Below are positions 36,708 through 49,161 of a DNA stretch of 64,000 bases, piece after piece. Below the pieces are notes generated by a model. The model made no database searches. It saw only the letters and a program-made list of their open reading frames with translations, and had not been told where the DNA came from. The DNA lies in contig JALDZS010000010.1 in NCBI GenBank assembly GCA_022813965.1, forward strand, positions 124,001 to 188,000. The letters run 5' to 3'. Numbering within the stretch: the first letter of the stretch is position 1; every line of letters starts with the position of its first letter. The translations under genes were made by a program, and so were the position numbers. The DNA is from Toensbergia leucococca. Lineage: Eukaryota.

Positions 36708-37277
36708 CTAACCCGTGATACTCGGCGCATCGATCGGGTTGCACTGATGAAACGTCCCCTCCACACTTAACGGATTCGACGAATCCGAATTCGTCGCCAC
36801 GCCGCAAAACACCACATCCATCAGCGGCGCGCCAGGGACCGGCAAACTGGGCGAATCCACATAATAAATCACGACGTTCCCGCCCGCCTTGGGTGGATCC
36901 GTGCCGTTCCTTAGCGGCGAATACAGCAAGACGGCTACCTGGCAGCCGGCGGCCCACCAGGTGAAGGAGTAGGATTCGTTGCCCTGAACGGAGGTGGTCC
37001 AGTAGGTTGGAGTGGTGATGGGGGTTGCGGCGCGGGCCCGTTTGATGGGGTTAGGGTTTATGTTATAGTTTTGGAGGGCGGCGTTTAGGGTGTTGTTTAT
37101 GGAGGCGGGGGAGTGGGTGTTGTTGACTTCGTTGAGGCCGGTGGCGCAGGTTATGGTTGGGATGGTGGGGGCGGTTTGGCGTGGTGTGAGGTTGCTGATT
37201 AGGGAGGGGAGGGCAAGAGCATAGGTGGAAATGGATGTGAGGAGAGTTGTGAGAAGTAGGATAGAGAAGGGTTGCAT
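36708..37277 (-). CDS. Small secreted protein, ribonuclease T1/N1-like fold, catalytic residues apparently lost
   Basis: Signal peptide MQPFSILLLTTLLTSISTYALA, 4 Cys, and NESYSF / LLYSPL / GGNVVIY / FCGVATN / FHQC in the order seen in RNase T1-family proteins. Confidence 0.6.
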   Translation of the reverse strand: MQPFSILLLTTLLTSISTYALALPSLISNLTPRQTAPTIPTITCATGLNEVNNTHSPASINNTLNAALQNYNINPNPIKRARAATPITTPTYWTTSVQGNESYSFTWWAAGCQVAVLLYSPLRNGTDPPKAGGNVVIYYVDSPSLPVPGAPLMDVVFCGVATNSDSSNPLSVEGTFHQCNPIDAPSITG

Positions 37278-38855
37278 TTTGAAGATGTGGAGGACGGCTT
37301 GGGAGATTCGTTGTTGGTGAGACTGCTTTCTGAGGGTGTGGGAGGCTTCGTTGTAGCCTGACAATTATTCGGGAAGACTTGAAGGGGAAGGTATCCTAAT
37401 GTTGCGTGTTTTGGCTGATGGATGACGTCCGGTAGGGTAGTATTATATGTGAAGAGCGCCAAAATGGTTGGTCTTAGGCAGGGAGGCAAAGAAAAGCTTA
37501 CAAAAAGCATTCCTCCAAGCACACATTCTAGCGTTCATAATTCTTCCGATATCAAGCGTTGTGGCCATATTGGGCCGCTTCGCTTAATCGCTTCGGGGTC
37601 AGGATCTTATCGGTAAATGTTCCGGTCTTGGCGACTTCAGGATAAGAAAATGGGATGTGAAACGACCATGTTGTATTGCTCGGGCGGTAGCTAAGCATGT
37701 TCTTGCGCAAACTTGAATAAACGCGCAAACGGGACCGGGCTTCGGATCCAGGTTCCGGAGTGCTTAACGTTGGTGGCCTCGGATTTCCGAGTACTTTAAT
37801 CTCGCGTTTGCCTTACTCTTCAATATTGTGTGAGAGCGATCTTACCCCTGAGTCCAAGGGGAGAGAATCTTCAACGCCGCAGTGCTGGCGATTGCATGCA
37901 TGGGTTTGTCATCCTGTGAAAATGGCATGTGAGAATCGTTTTACGTACTTGTGATTGGAAGATTGGCAGTGTGCGCATATGGTCATATAGCTGGCTACTT
38001 GAAGGCATCTTAGAAACATGGCTTGTGAGGGCTCAGCCTTCGAGTCTCCTCGAAGTTGCGGTATGTCTCCTGCTTGTATGCTGCATTCTCTGGCGATATA
38101 CTCTCCACTGACTGAACATGCGATGCATTCCGTTGCATCGTCCCGGTCAATAGTCAAGGATTGGCATGTATTCCTCAAGGGATTGGCTTGACAAAGGATC
38201 TACGTTAGCATGTGTGCGAATGTGAGGTCTAGGGAGAGCTCTGATATCGATGAGTGCTTGTTAGACGAATTGGATCCTAGTTTTGTTGGTTAGATTAAAT
38301 GCGGGCAGTAGATACAGACCTTTGTCAGACACAACTATACCTGAAGTGTCCAGAAACAAGGAGCGAAAGTCATATTTTTCAACTACTGCAGGAAGGAGAG
38401 TAGGCTGTTCAAATTTTGGCGCTTCTCTTTCAATCATCCGTCTAACTTACTGATGAATAAAAAGGCTGACAGATGCTGACATTGTGTATGACCCTGGACC
38501 TGCTGTAATGCTTTTGTTAATCGTAGGCAAAACGAACTCATTGATCGGACAAAAGCTAATTAGTGCTGGGAAATTTTGCGATAGTATGAAAAATTTTTCC
38601 GCAATGAAAGGGGTATAAATTCTAGAAACCGACAACGCCTAGTGTTTCCCAGTACTTCAGTGCCCGAGACCGAGAAATTCAAGATATGAACACCTTAGGT
38701 ACATGACACATATGCGCTTATTAAGCAGTATCTCCAAAACGCATGATCGATCAAGAATATGTAGAAGAATAAGAATATATCAAAGGAATTGAAGGGACTA
38801 CCGTTGAGGCTACTCATCAAGCAACCTGCCTAGTGCTTACAATAATATTTATCGA

Positions 38856-39720
38856 CTACCCACGGCTACAGTCGAGTCTTTGGTCATAGTAATCATTAGA
38901 ACTTCGAGAGTAGCCAACGATTTTGGGGACGCACGATGAGAAAGTAAAATTGTGTAGGGAATGTGCAACTAGCTCGATACTCTCGACTGTGATCAGAGTT
39001 TCCTCCTCGGTGGCCTTGGATTGAGTCATTTTCATGGTGTTTTTAATCCGAAAAGAAGATGTCAAGGTATTATGACATTGTAGCAGTTTGTGGGATTCAT
39101 TAAAAGAGAGATGGAATACTCGGATTACCTGGCGCCCGTTTAACTAGAGCAAGGATAAGTCATCGTGCCCCTTGGTTGTCAATGTTGATCTGAAGTCTGG
39201 GATCTGCTATTGCTTTGCCAAGGAATGTTTTCCAAATATCTTTTCGGACTTCCTGGTCGAGATCAGGGTAATTGTAACCAAACTGAACGTGGCCTGCGGC
39301 ATTGAGATGTTAGCGAGAGCACAATCCCCGGTTATTGCGCTACTATGTACTTTGGACTGCTTCATCGACATTGTCTTTGCGATTTGTTAGCAATATGAGA
39401 GTGACTAGATAATACTCAAGCTGTCAAAGGAGGATGGACACGATTGCGTTGCGCTCCATGCTAATGTCGTCTCTTTTGGACAGAAAGACATCTGCTTCAT
39501 CAAGCAGTAAGACAGCACCCCAAATTCGAGCAAGCTCAAGAATGTTTTTCAAATTTCCATCCATGTAATTTGGCTTATCACCAAGTTCTCCCGAGCTGAG
39601 CATGTATAGTGGTCTTCCAACTACTCCAGCGATTGCCTCGGCAGAGAGAATTTTACCTACGCCGGGAGGTCCAATTAGAAGTCCTATAAGACGTCTACCT
39701 TTGTCTTTAACATAGCCTCG
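38856..39720 (-). pseudogene. 5'-truncated AAA+ ATPase pseudogene
   Basis: KDKGRRLIGLLIGPPGVGKILSAE (Walker A), LLLDEADVFL (Walker B), ILL*QLEYY, LLTNR, IWKTFL, LL*LNGRQ and IKN. Two in-frame stops. Confidence 0.8.
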
Positions 39721-40145
39721 AAGACGGGAGTTTCGGAGACATGCGACTTTACGAGGATTTGAAGGATACGTTTTTGTGTTGATGGGAGTACAAGAGACTC
39801 GAATATCGTACCGTCCCATCCAGTGTCAGTGAGACGCTCAACCGCGAAGGCACCTATGCGGAGTCAGTACTAATACTCCATGTTAAGCCGAGAGTAGCCA
39901 AGTCTCTACGCATTTTCAGCGCTATACTTCGCAAGGCTGTTGCGTGGAGAGTAAAGGTCGAATGTAGAAAAACTCTGTGGACCTACCCTAGCTCTTATCA
40001 CCTAGACTGAAGCCGTAAAGCACGCAGCCATGTGACTTTGAGGTTAGTGACGTAAGTAAGGCCTATTCTCGGCGTAGTAATACTATCCAATGGCTGAAAC
40101 ATCCAGCTCGGCCGATGACGAAGAAGTAGCCGGACAACACAAAGG

Positions 40146-41146
40146 TCACACAGTTGCATGTGACGTGCAGTCATCATAAACAAATGGATCCTCGCCTCTC
40201 TCCATCCGCCACCGATTCGTCGCCTCCAACGCCCCCGGCAACTCTTTAAACAACCACCCCCATTTCCTCAGAAATCCTTCCGACATCTCCCACCCCGTGA
40301 TGTCCCAGGGCGGCGACCATGCAATGATGCCGCGTCGCTCAACCTCGTCGTCGGGAAAGCCCTCGTACAGCCCGCCGATGCAGTCGGCCCACAATTCGTC
40401 CTCGTCGAAGGTGCCGGCGGCCCGGATCAGGCAGTCTCGTCCCTCGGGACACGGGAACAGGTCGATCCAGTCGCCGTGCGGCACTGTTTGTTGAAGGGTC
40501 GTGGGCAGGAGTGTTGAAGGGAGTAGTTCGGGCTTGGTAGGGTAGGGGATGACGTGGATAACTTCCTCATCACAGTCGAGCGGCGTGACGAGGATGCCCG
40601 AGATTAGAGTGCGGTTGACGATCAGGGCGCGGAGGGCGTTGAATTGGAGGAGTGTGATAAGGTGGTCTGGACAGAGGGGGAAGACACTGCTAAAGTGCTC
40701 TTTTCTGGGTTTCTTTGGCAGCAAGGGATTTCTTGCATTGTATTGTTGCTTGATACGGGATGCTGGGACGATGGAGACGGATTGCTGATCAATGTCCCAA
40801 TATTCCGCCAGCGCTTCTGATTTGATTAGTGTCCCTGTTACGGCACTGGATGCTTCGGCTTTCTTTGCTAGGGCTTTGCGATTTCCTACTGGACTTTTAT
40901 TCTCGATAATTGGGTACCCCTTGATCGGACTGGTCCTGACTCCTGATATGGACGAAACAGAAAACAAGGCCTTAGATACTTACGGTATGCCCTTGTGTTG
41001 AGTCTAGTCTGTGCTCGTCTGCGTGCTGCGGCATCCTTGGTCCCAGTCCAGTCATCTTCCCTGCTTATCGCCTGTACGCGGTGAGCAAGTCATGTCTTCT
41101 TGGTGATTGAAGGCGACCTGGTACGTGCCTCGGCCAATTGTGGCAT
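40146..41146 (-). CDS. DUF3425 protein with N-terminal bZIP-like basic region
   Basis: EDDWTGTKDAAARRRAQTRLNTRAYR exon near 40985-41070, then DHLITLLQFNALRAL, LLPTTLQQTVPHGDWIDLFP, DEDELWAD, WSPPWDITGWEMSEGFLRKWGWL and ATNRWR. Confidence 0.82.
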
Positions 41147-41283
41147 CGACGCGAGTTGGATGCGCGGTGCTGTCGAATATGCAGGCTGATACGTACTAAT
41201 CATGATGCTAGCGGACGTTGGAATTGCGGTGATGATGAAATTGGGGATGGATGATGCTTTCTTCGGACCGGCTAAGGCGATTT

Positions 41284-41700
41284 ATGCAGCCTGCTCACAA
41301 TGACGAATCTGACACTCGGGAACGGAGGAATTAAGGTAGTGCCTAGGTACCAGGGCTTTGTGAAATGGCACGATATCATTGGTCACTATTGGAATGTCCA
41401 ACGTTGGATGGGTCTAGCGCCATGCAGCTTGCTCACTTTAGGTATATTCTAGACCAAGATCACGAGCTCCAGCATCACACATCTGGTGCATGCTCCACTT
41501 GATTGACAAACGCAACGTTACCTATGATTTCCCGAGGGTGGCTGATATGGACAGTAAGGTAGCTAGAGATTCGGCAGTGAGCCCCACCCTTCATGCAGCT
41601 GGCTCACTCGCTCACTCAGCATTCTCCTATTGGTCCATCTCTTCAATATGTCCAAGTTGAATGTGATGCGATTGGTCCAAGGGTCATGCAGCTTGCTCAC
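41284..41700 (+). promoter_or_regulatory. Four direct copies of ATGCAGCYKGCTCAC in a divergent promoter
   Basis: Copies at 41284-41298, 41422-41436, 41593-41607 and 41686-41700. Confidence 0.75.
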
Positions 41701-41901
41701 GATATCTGATGCTCGGAATAACATCTAAGATGCAAGTATCTCGGACTTTATTCAATAAGAGCAATATAAAGATCGTAGCAACACCTTCATCTCGACGCAT
41801 CTTTTCGTATCAACGAAAACATAGAATTTAATCCAAGACATTGAATTATCTGTTTCTTAGTATTACACCTTCGCACACTGACTCAAGTACTCCTTTTAAA
41901 C

Positions 41902-42925
41902 ATGACTTTCCATCCCGACACTCTCCCCGATCTCAAGGGCAAAGTATTCATAGTCACAGGTGGGAATTCCGGCATGTAAGTCTCCCTTCTCCCCTCTCAC
42001 CACGAAGCCCGAATCGCTGATCTCACCAAACCACAGAGGCTACTACACCGTAGCCCACCTAGCAGAACACGGCGCCCATGTTTACATGTGCGCCCGATCC
42101 CCAGAGAAGGGCACAGCAGCCATCGCCAACATCAAGAAAATGCACCCCTCAGCGAGCATCGACCTCCTGCAAATGGACCTCATGGACCTCACCAGCGTCG
42201 TCGCGGCCGCCAAGTACTTCCTCAACATCGAAACAGCCCTGCACGGCCTGGTCAACAACGCAGGCATCATGGCGACGCCCTTCGAAATGACCAAAGATGG
42301 CCACGAGGCCCAGTGGCAGACCAACTACCTCGCGCACTGGGTTTTGACGGAGCACCTGCTTCCTCTGATGCTGCAGACCGCCAAGACGCTTCCTCCCGGC
42401 AGCGTGCGCATCGTCAACCTCAGTTCATCGGGCCACTTGGGCGCACCCAAATGCGGCATTAGTTTCAACGACCTATCGCTCAAGGATAGCGGCACGTGGT
42501 CGCGATACGGACAGAGCAAGCTCGCCAATATTTTGCACACCAATACCTTGCACAAGAAGTACGGCCCCGGCTCTCCCAGTGCGCGGAAAGGGGAGGGCGA
42601 GATCTGGGTTTCGTCCGTGCATCCAGGTCTGGTTGAGACGAACCTCGCCACGTCGGTGGGGGAGTCGGGTTCGGGCATGATGAGTGTTTTCTCGGTCTTA
42701 CGCATGTTTGGATTGATATGGCCTGCCGATAAGGGGTCGTCGACTAGTTTGTTCTGTGCAGCGAGTCGGGATATGAAGGCGGAGCAGAGCGGCACGTATT
42801 TGGAAATTTTTCGGCGTTTTGGGGAGCCGTGGTGGCAGAGCGGTGCGGCGAGAGATGGGAAGCTTGTAGATAGGTTGGAGGAGTGGACTGGGGAGGTGAT
42901 GAGGAAGGAAGGGTGGGTTCGGTAA
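41902..42925 (+). CDS. Short-chain dehydrogenase/reductase (retinol-DH/WWOX-like)
   Basis: TGGNSGI|GY across intron 41976-42036, plus LVNNAGIM, RIVNLSS, YGQSK (YxxxK) and VHPG. Confidence 0.93.
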
Positions 42926-45291
42926 TAGGGTCAACTGGTTTCGATCTTTTTCGATTGTATTAATAGATTTGTTGTTTTATAATATTACAGTCGGATGCTT
43001 TTTAAGCAAAAAATTCGCATAGCCAAGTGGAAAGGACAAGGCTGTAGGAAATTTGAGAATTGTTTGTTTTTCTTACCTCTTTTGTAGCGACCTAAAGGCT
43101 TACAGTAAGAGCCGAAAATTGTGTCCTATTAACACTACTATGTGATTTTAAATTTTGAACCCCTATTTACGCCGCATTAGTCCGTTACGGCCTAGCTCAT
43201 ATAGACCCTGTATCCCCTGCTCTGTGGGGATCAGCGTCAATTGTGGAATGGACTGATAAACATGATATATTTCAGCTTCAGAATTAAGGACTCAAGCGGC
43301 CACAGCATGTGACACATTTGCTGACCCAACTTAAGGCAGATTCTGGCTCCTGGATTGTGTCCTCCACTTTGTGCTTTGCTTCGCAGTACGGCTGACATCC
43401 CCAACATCGGTGCGATGTCATCCCAGATACCGAGACGGCCTTTCATCAGAGAACGTGAAATCATCCATTCTACGGACTCTAAACCCTTTTTCTGTGGCTC
43501 TCGCAAGTCGGAGCATCGGTTGTTCGATACTCCAGCAGTCATACACCCGCAAGAGTCATTGGTTGTTTGGCTAATGAGCCGAGACCAATTGCTGTTTGCC
43601 AATTTTGATGATGAACCTTCTACCGTTCATAAATTCCATACCTCACGCATAGGAAGTAAGACCCCGTCTCTTGTTTCTGATAAGATCACCCAGTCTTAAA
43701 CTATGCAACAGGTCAGCGGATATCTTCCAGCTTGAAGTTCTCCTTGTGCGGACAATATCTGCACATCATATCATTTGAAGCACCAGCTCGCAAACACCTC
43801 CTTAAGGTGAAAAATCTGTAGGCGGAGGCTGGGAGCCTAAGGACGGAACCAAAATCTTTGTCTATCTATTCACCTAAAACTATCCAACAAATACAGCGTA
43901 AACGTAAAGAATCCCCCTACTTTGGCCTTTTCCTTCAATTCAGCCTGCGTCCGTTCAGCCAGGCATAGGCTGCAAATATACCTTTCGCAGTGACTTAGAT
44001 GCCATCCGAAGCATACATGACCACTAATGACCATGAACTCAAGCTCTACAAAGTACGACTCTCTCACAGTACAGTCCATGAGACCAGGAAGGTGAATCGA
44101 GGGAAAAAGACAGCACTACACCAATCAGAAAACAAGCTCAAGACGACACTAGATATCGCAGCTCCCAAGTCATATGGATCGGTTTCTAGAGAAATATTTC
44201 TTTTGCCATAGTCAGCAACAGACCGCTCCGTACAATTCTTGCCTAGCGCCAGCGAAGACCGTTCTAACGCTACAATAATCATCGGAAGCCGCTCAGGACC
44301 AAATCCGACATCTTTTATAGCAATTTATCTCAGTGAGCGCGACTAGGTGGTTGGATTGATGTTGCGGAAGCTCTCCAGCATTCAATCAAAAGTCTCGCCA
44401 AGCTACCTAGTCCAGTGCCTTGGGTGTAGGTGGTAGGTTCGAGGATCTGGTGGCGAGTGAGGATCTTCTCTTAGTGCGCAACAAGAACCAAGACGGCTAC
44501 CTTGAGATTGCCTAGGTCGACTCGAGAGCACGACATTTTCCGTGCACTTTAGTCAAGATCTTGGGCTAAAGCACTGCGGAGCTCGGATTCTGATGCGTCG
44601 GGGTCGACGAGTCGGACGGAAGAATCATGTTCAAGACTCCTACTGTGGCTGAGACTGAGGTTGCCAAAATAGGCAAGGAGAATGATCGGGCCAGGTTGAA
44701 TTGGTATAACGACTATTCTTTGCCTACTGATGTGTATGAGAGTACGGAGAGTCCCAAGGAGGCTAAATAGGTCTACCATCCAAGAAGAGAGTTGCCATTC
44801 GTCGCGGTCGGCAAGATAGGTAGGACCGAAGACATCAATTTGCACTCTTCACGGGCCCCGAGCCCCCATCTTCCACGACTCGATTTAATCTCCTCGTTGT
44901 ACTCAGCTCGTAGTTCAGGAATATCTTCTCTTCTCTTGAGTCCTAATCCGCATTAGTGCAACGGGTATACGGCAATTCTACGGAGTCAAGACTCGGCAAT
45001 TTGGCCGGCCTAATCGATGACGTTGATTCGGCCCTTCTCTGATTTTTACGTGATGTGCTCCGAAGTCTTCTCATGGGTGTTCTTCTTTGTACTTCAGAAT
45101 ATATTCAATGATCGATTTACTCACTCACGTCCTTTGCTCAAGCAGTGTCTATTTGTATATTCACATTTTGTTTGCTGAAGACTCAACAGAAGGAAAGGTT
45201 GATCCCGTTTAAGTAATCACCCGTTCAAGTGATCATCTCTATACCCGACTTTTGTTAGTAGTAGTGTGTTGACTGGTGTGGTTGATATAGT

Positions 45292-46658
45292 ATGCCGGAT
45301 AGTGATCTCTCAAGCGCCACTGCCGCTCTTCCGCCAGATCCCACACTCCTTAATACAGAGAGTCAACCTCCTCGGATCGAAAATGGAAAGCATAGTGGAA
45401 ATAGAGGCGGCGTCTCCCCCTCGCCTTCTTCGATCAAACGGTCGAGTACGGAAACATCAAGCACAATCGTTTGCACGCCTTCCGATCCACGAGAGCCACG
45501 ATGGCAATGTTATCTATCTGCATGCAGGTGGTTCATCTTTGATCAATGGTTTCTTGTTGCACTGGGCTGTCTCATTCTGATCTCATCTCAAGTACAAGTC
45601 CCAGCTTCGCGACAGAGTAAGAAAGAATTGGGTGTGACATATCTTTGTGTGGCTGTGATTTTCCTTGTTACAGGCTGTACCCTTCCCACCCACGTACTGT
45701 GGGATAATTACGGTCGATGGAAAATACACCTCTTTGTACAGGTACAGTCGTTTCTCTTGACTTCTGTAATTGTATATGCAGTCGTGAGTATTTGCGCCAT
45801 GAATCCACATTTCATGGATGCTGGACTTTTGGTGGGTATGATATTTGCGGGTTGTGTTCCAACCACAATTTCCTCCAACGTTCTTATGACTGGACAAGCG
45901 CACGGTAATCAGGCTTTGGCAGTCGTACAGTCGACTCTCGGCAATTTCTTGGGCCCATTCATGACTCCATTACTAATAGAGATGTATACGGCGAGTGGCG
46001 CTTGGTATACAGGTATCTTGCCAGATAAAGGATCTGGGGGGTATGGTGAGCTATATCGGCGAGTTTTTAAGCAGCTTGGGTTGTCTATATTTCTTCCACT
46101 GGTGCCGTACGCCCTACATTGCGGCACGACGAGAAGATGGGCTAATACAAGAACTAGGTGGTTGGTCAACTCATACAGAACCTTTTCCCAAAAGTAACCA
46201 AAAGAATATTTATTGAGTGGAAAATTGGGAAAATCGGGTCGTTCGCCCTTCTTATCATCATTTGGCAAACCTTCGACTCGGCCTTTGAAACTGGAGCTTT
46301 CACAAGCGTGAAAGCGAGTAACATTGTTTTCATTGTATTTATTTTGATTGCTTTCTTCTTGATCTGGACGACGACTTGTATTCTATTGTCTTTACCCTGG
46401 CTGGATAAGAAAGATGTTATTGCTGTGGCTTATTGTGTTCCAGCCAAGACGCCTGCTATGGGAGTGCCGTTGTCGAATGTAATGTTTACTGGGCTTTCCA
46501 CGCTTACTGAATCCAAGATCCAAATTCCAATGGTCATTTTTCAAGGATTCCAAATTCTGGGTGGCAGCTTGTTGACCCTTGTCTTTCGAAGATGGGTTCG
46601 GCCTGATGAGGAACGTGAAGATGCCGAAGGGAAGAAGAAGAGGGACGAAGAACAGTAA
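45292..46658 (+). CDS. SBF-like/SLC10A7 family transporter (RCH1-like)
   Basis: DQWFLVALG, VPTTISSNVLMTGQAHGN, STLGNFLGPF and VPAKTPAMGVPL, with multiple hydrophobic segments. Intron 46102-46157. Confidence 0.85.
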
Positions 46659-47537
46659 TAAGTCTAGGATTGCTGGTGTCTCGTCGCGTCAGGATAGACG
46701 TTATCGTTCAACAAATTAAAGTACTCCTCAGGATACGATGAATCTTTGGGTTGATGCGTGGCTTTCTTGGTCTAGCTTTTGCAACTCGTATGGAGTACAT
46801 GATCAGAGCAGACACGATCCAAAGCTGCCGTACAGTGAGCTCTCCATCGAGAACACAGTCAACATTCTCCATACTTTGACTATCAACAATCTCAATGCAA
46901 TGGTCGTATCGAAGAAATTTTACCGGAACATTGCGGAACATCTCGCACCTGTCCGATTGAGCGTTATGCAGCCAAGGTGCAAGACTACCCGAGTGCCAGC
47001 TGACTGAGTTTAATCCAAGTACCCCAAAGAAGAGGTGCTTCCGGATCTTCTTCGGCGAACCTGACAAATCGCTCCAGAATCCCGCGAGAACCCATAGGGT
47101 CGCATGGTACAGATCAAGAGTATAAAGGGTCCTCTGACAGCTCCAGTACGATTGGCAAGTCTAAGAGCTCACATGCTCACATTCGAGGATGGTCAAAGCG
47201 CTCAAGCTTACCTCATTGTCTTTCTAGTGGTAAGAACCGCCCAAATCGGTTATCGCCACTATACACGACCCTATCAATGTCTCGCATGTGATAGAAGGCC
47301 TTGCCAAGATTCTCAAGCCCTCGGTGGCGAAGTCGAATGATGCTATTCCCATCGGCACGTGTCCCGCATATCGCTTGTTGCTGAAACAAGGAAGCTGTCA
47401 AACCCACAGCATCTCGAATATATCTCCCGTGTCTCTGTTCGTTTCTCAGTCGCCACGACCCCATCAACACCGCCACCGGGCCCCAAAACTCCCTCCAGCA
47501 GCATGTGAGAAGCTCCAACTCCCTTGTCAAAAATCCC

Positions 47538-48026
47538 ATGCTCCTGTCCCTAGTCATCACCTGCCTCTCCCTTCTCTCCTCAATAAGTTCTCTTGGCATC
47601 AACTGCCGGGGAAGCGCCCTCTGTCATCCAACAGTTTTTACTGGCCTTTCACCCTCCGAAGACATGATCGCCCAATTCTGGGACGCCATCGTCCTCGGCA
47701 ATAGCAGCACCATCTCATACGGCCCCCTCAACTCTGCAGGCTACTATTTCCCCGATGGCGCCCTCGCCTGCCGCAGCCTTCGCTACGCCGATGGCTTTTG
47801 TTTGTCATTGCAAGGAAATGTGCCAGTAGGGGGGGTGTTGGGGTCGGTGGTGAAGGATCGGATTGCTGATTTGAACAATCACGGGTGCTGGAGGTGTGGC
47901 AGCGTGCCGCTCAGCGGAGACAACGTCCCTGAGGAGATGGGAGTCTTGGTGGTGGATTATGTAGCTCATGTGCGTTGTGCCGGAATCTGTGTTACTTATT
48001 GTGCACGAGGGGCGTCAAGTTGTTAG
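47538..48026 (+). CDS. KP4 killer toxin-like secreted protein
   Basis: Signal peptide, then LGINCRGSALC ... ACR ... FCLSLQG ... LNNHGCWRCGSVPL ... GVLVVDYV ... CAGIC. Confidence 0.85.
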   Translation: MLLSLVITCLSLLSSISSLGINCRGSALCHPTVFTGLSPSEDMIAQFWDAIVLGNSSTISYGPLNSAGYYFPDGALACRSLRYADGFCLSLQGNVPVGGVLGSVVKDRIADLNNHGCWRCGSVPLSGDNVPEEMGVLVVDYVAHVRCAGICVTYCARGASSC

Positions 48027-48742
48027 TTGGGAATGTGGTGGGCCTTTTTACGACGACTATGTCTATGACATCGAGGGCGTTGGGATAGTATTTAGATTTC
48101 GGCACCATGGTGTTTCTTTCTTTCTACACCCTGATGATTGAATGAGACATGTTTTTTCTCTCTTTAAGCCCCTCTTTGGATTATCCTACCTCTTTAGCGG
48201 CATGATTCTCTGATTTGTTTTAGAAAGCCGCATTCACAGTGTTTCTTGTACTTCCCCTCTCTTCAAGGCTCGACGCCTTTGCCATTTTCAAAGAGTCCTC
48301 ACTCTTACTTGCCACTTTCTCAGCCATCTACGCACCAGGTTACAACATCAACCTCTTGAAAAGGGGAATTTGCTTTGAGTACCTCTTCTTCATCTAGGCA
48401 CTCCCCACTCTATTCATCTTAGCTTCTCATTCTTTTGTATGAGCATTAGATACTATTTACTTTGCTCACATACTCCCTTCCTTTGTGTTGATTGTTCAGC
48501 TAGGGCTAAGGTTCATGTACATGTTGGGTAGGTAGGGAGCAGCACTTACTCCACGAGGAGGGGCTAGTGAAGGTTTCGAAGTGAGGTGTGAACAAGTTCA
48601 CTGTGCTACTAGTCATTCACTGTCAACACGGTCAATCATTCACTGAGAGCAGTCATAAAACTGCATTCTGTCATGCCTGTCTCTCTCGTCCACCGTAACG
48701 CACCCACCCGCATTTTTCCTAACCAACGCTATCCTCGGCATC

Positions 48743-49161
48743 ATGAGTTCTTCCGTCCCGAAAACTAGTAATTCTCTTGAGGATGAGGATGGGAAGTTCT
48801 CAGCTGAACATTTAGCTTTCCTTGCCTTACATAGCTTTAAAACCCGACACGAAACAACCATCTTCGACAGGTTTCGCAAGCAGTTTCCACCCGCCAACTA
48901 CGAGGACTCGGAGATAAAGAGAAAATTGACAGCGATAAAAAAAATCGAGGATTATGACCAGTATCGTACAGAAGCGGAGAAGTATGAGTGGTACGAGCCG
49001 CCGCCCGAGGGGGATGAACGGGGGAGTAAATCAGTCGACTAATACAGAAGCAAAAGGAGGCTAGGGCAAGGATAGTGGAGAAGGCGGAGGACGCTGCGCT
49101 CGCCCGCCAGAAAGAAAGGGATGATGATGAGCATGAGAAAGACAACGCGAAGGCCAAGTAA
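48743..49161 (+). CDS. Small charged hypothetical protein, apparently frameshifted near 49035
   Basis: A 99-aa ORF with protein-like composition continues in another frame as RLIQKQKEARARIVEKAEDAALARQKE. Confidence 0.3.

Noticed and set aside
41284..41700. Repeat-spacer pattern superficially like a CRISPR array
   Set aside because: Repeats are only 15 bp with irregular spacing (138, 171 and 93 bp), the context is eukaryotic, and there are no cas genes.
43600..44200. Cys-containing minus-strand fragments (CRYCPH, HCERYICSLC) hinting at a zinc finger
   Set aside because: The fragments are short, interrupted, and cannot be assembled into a credible gene.
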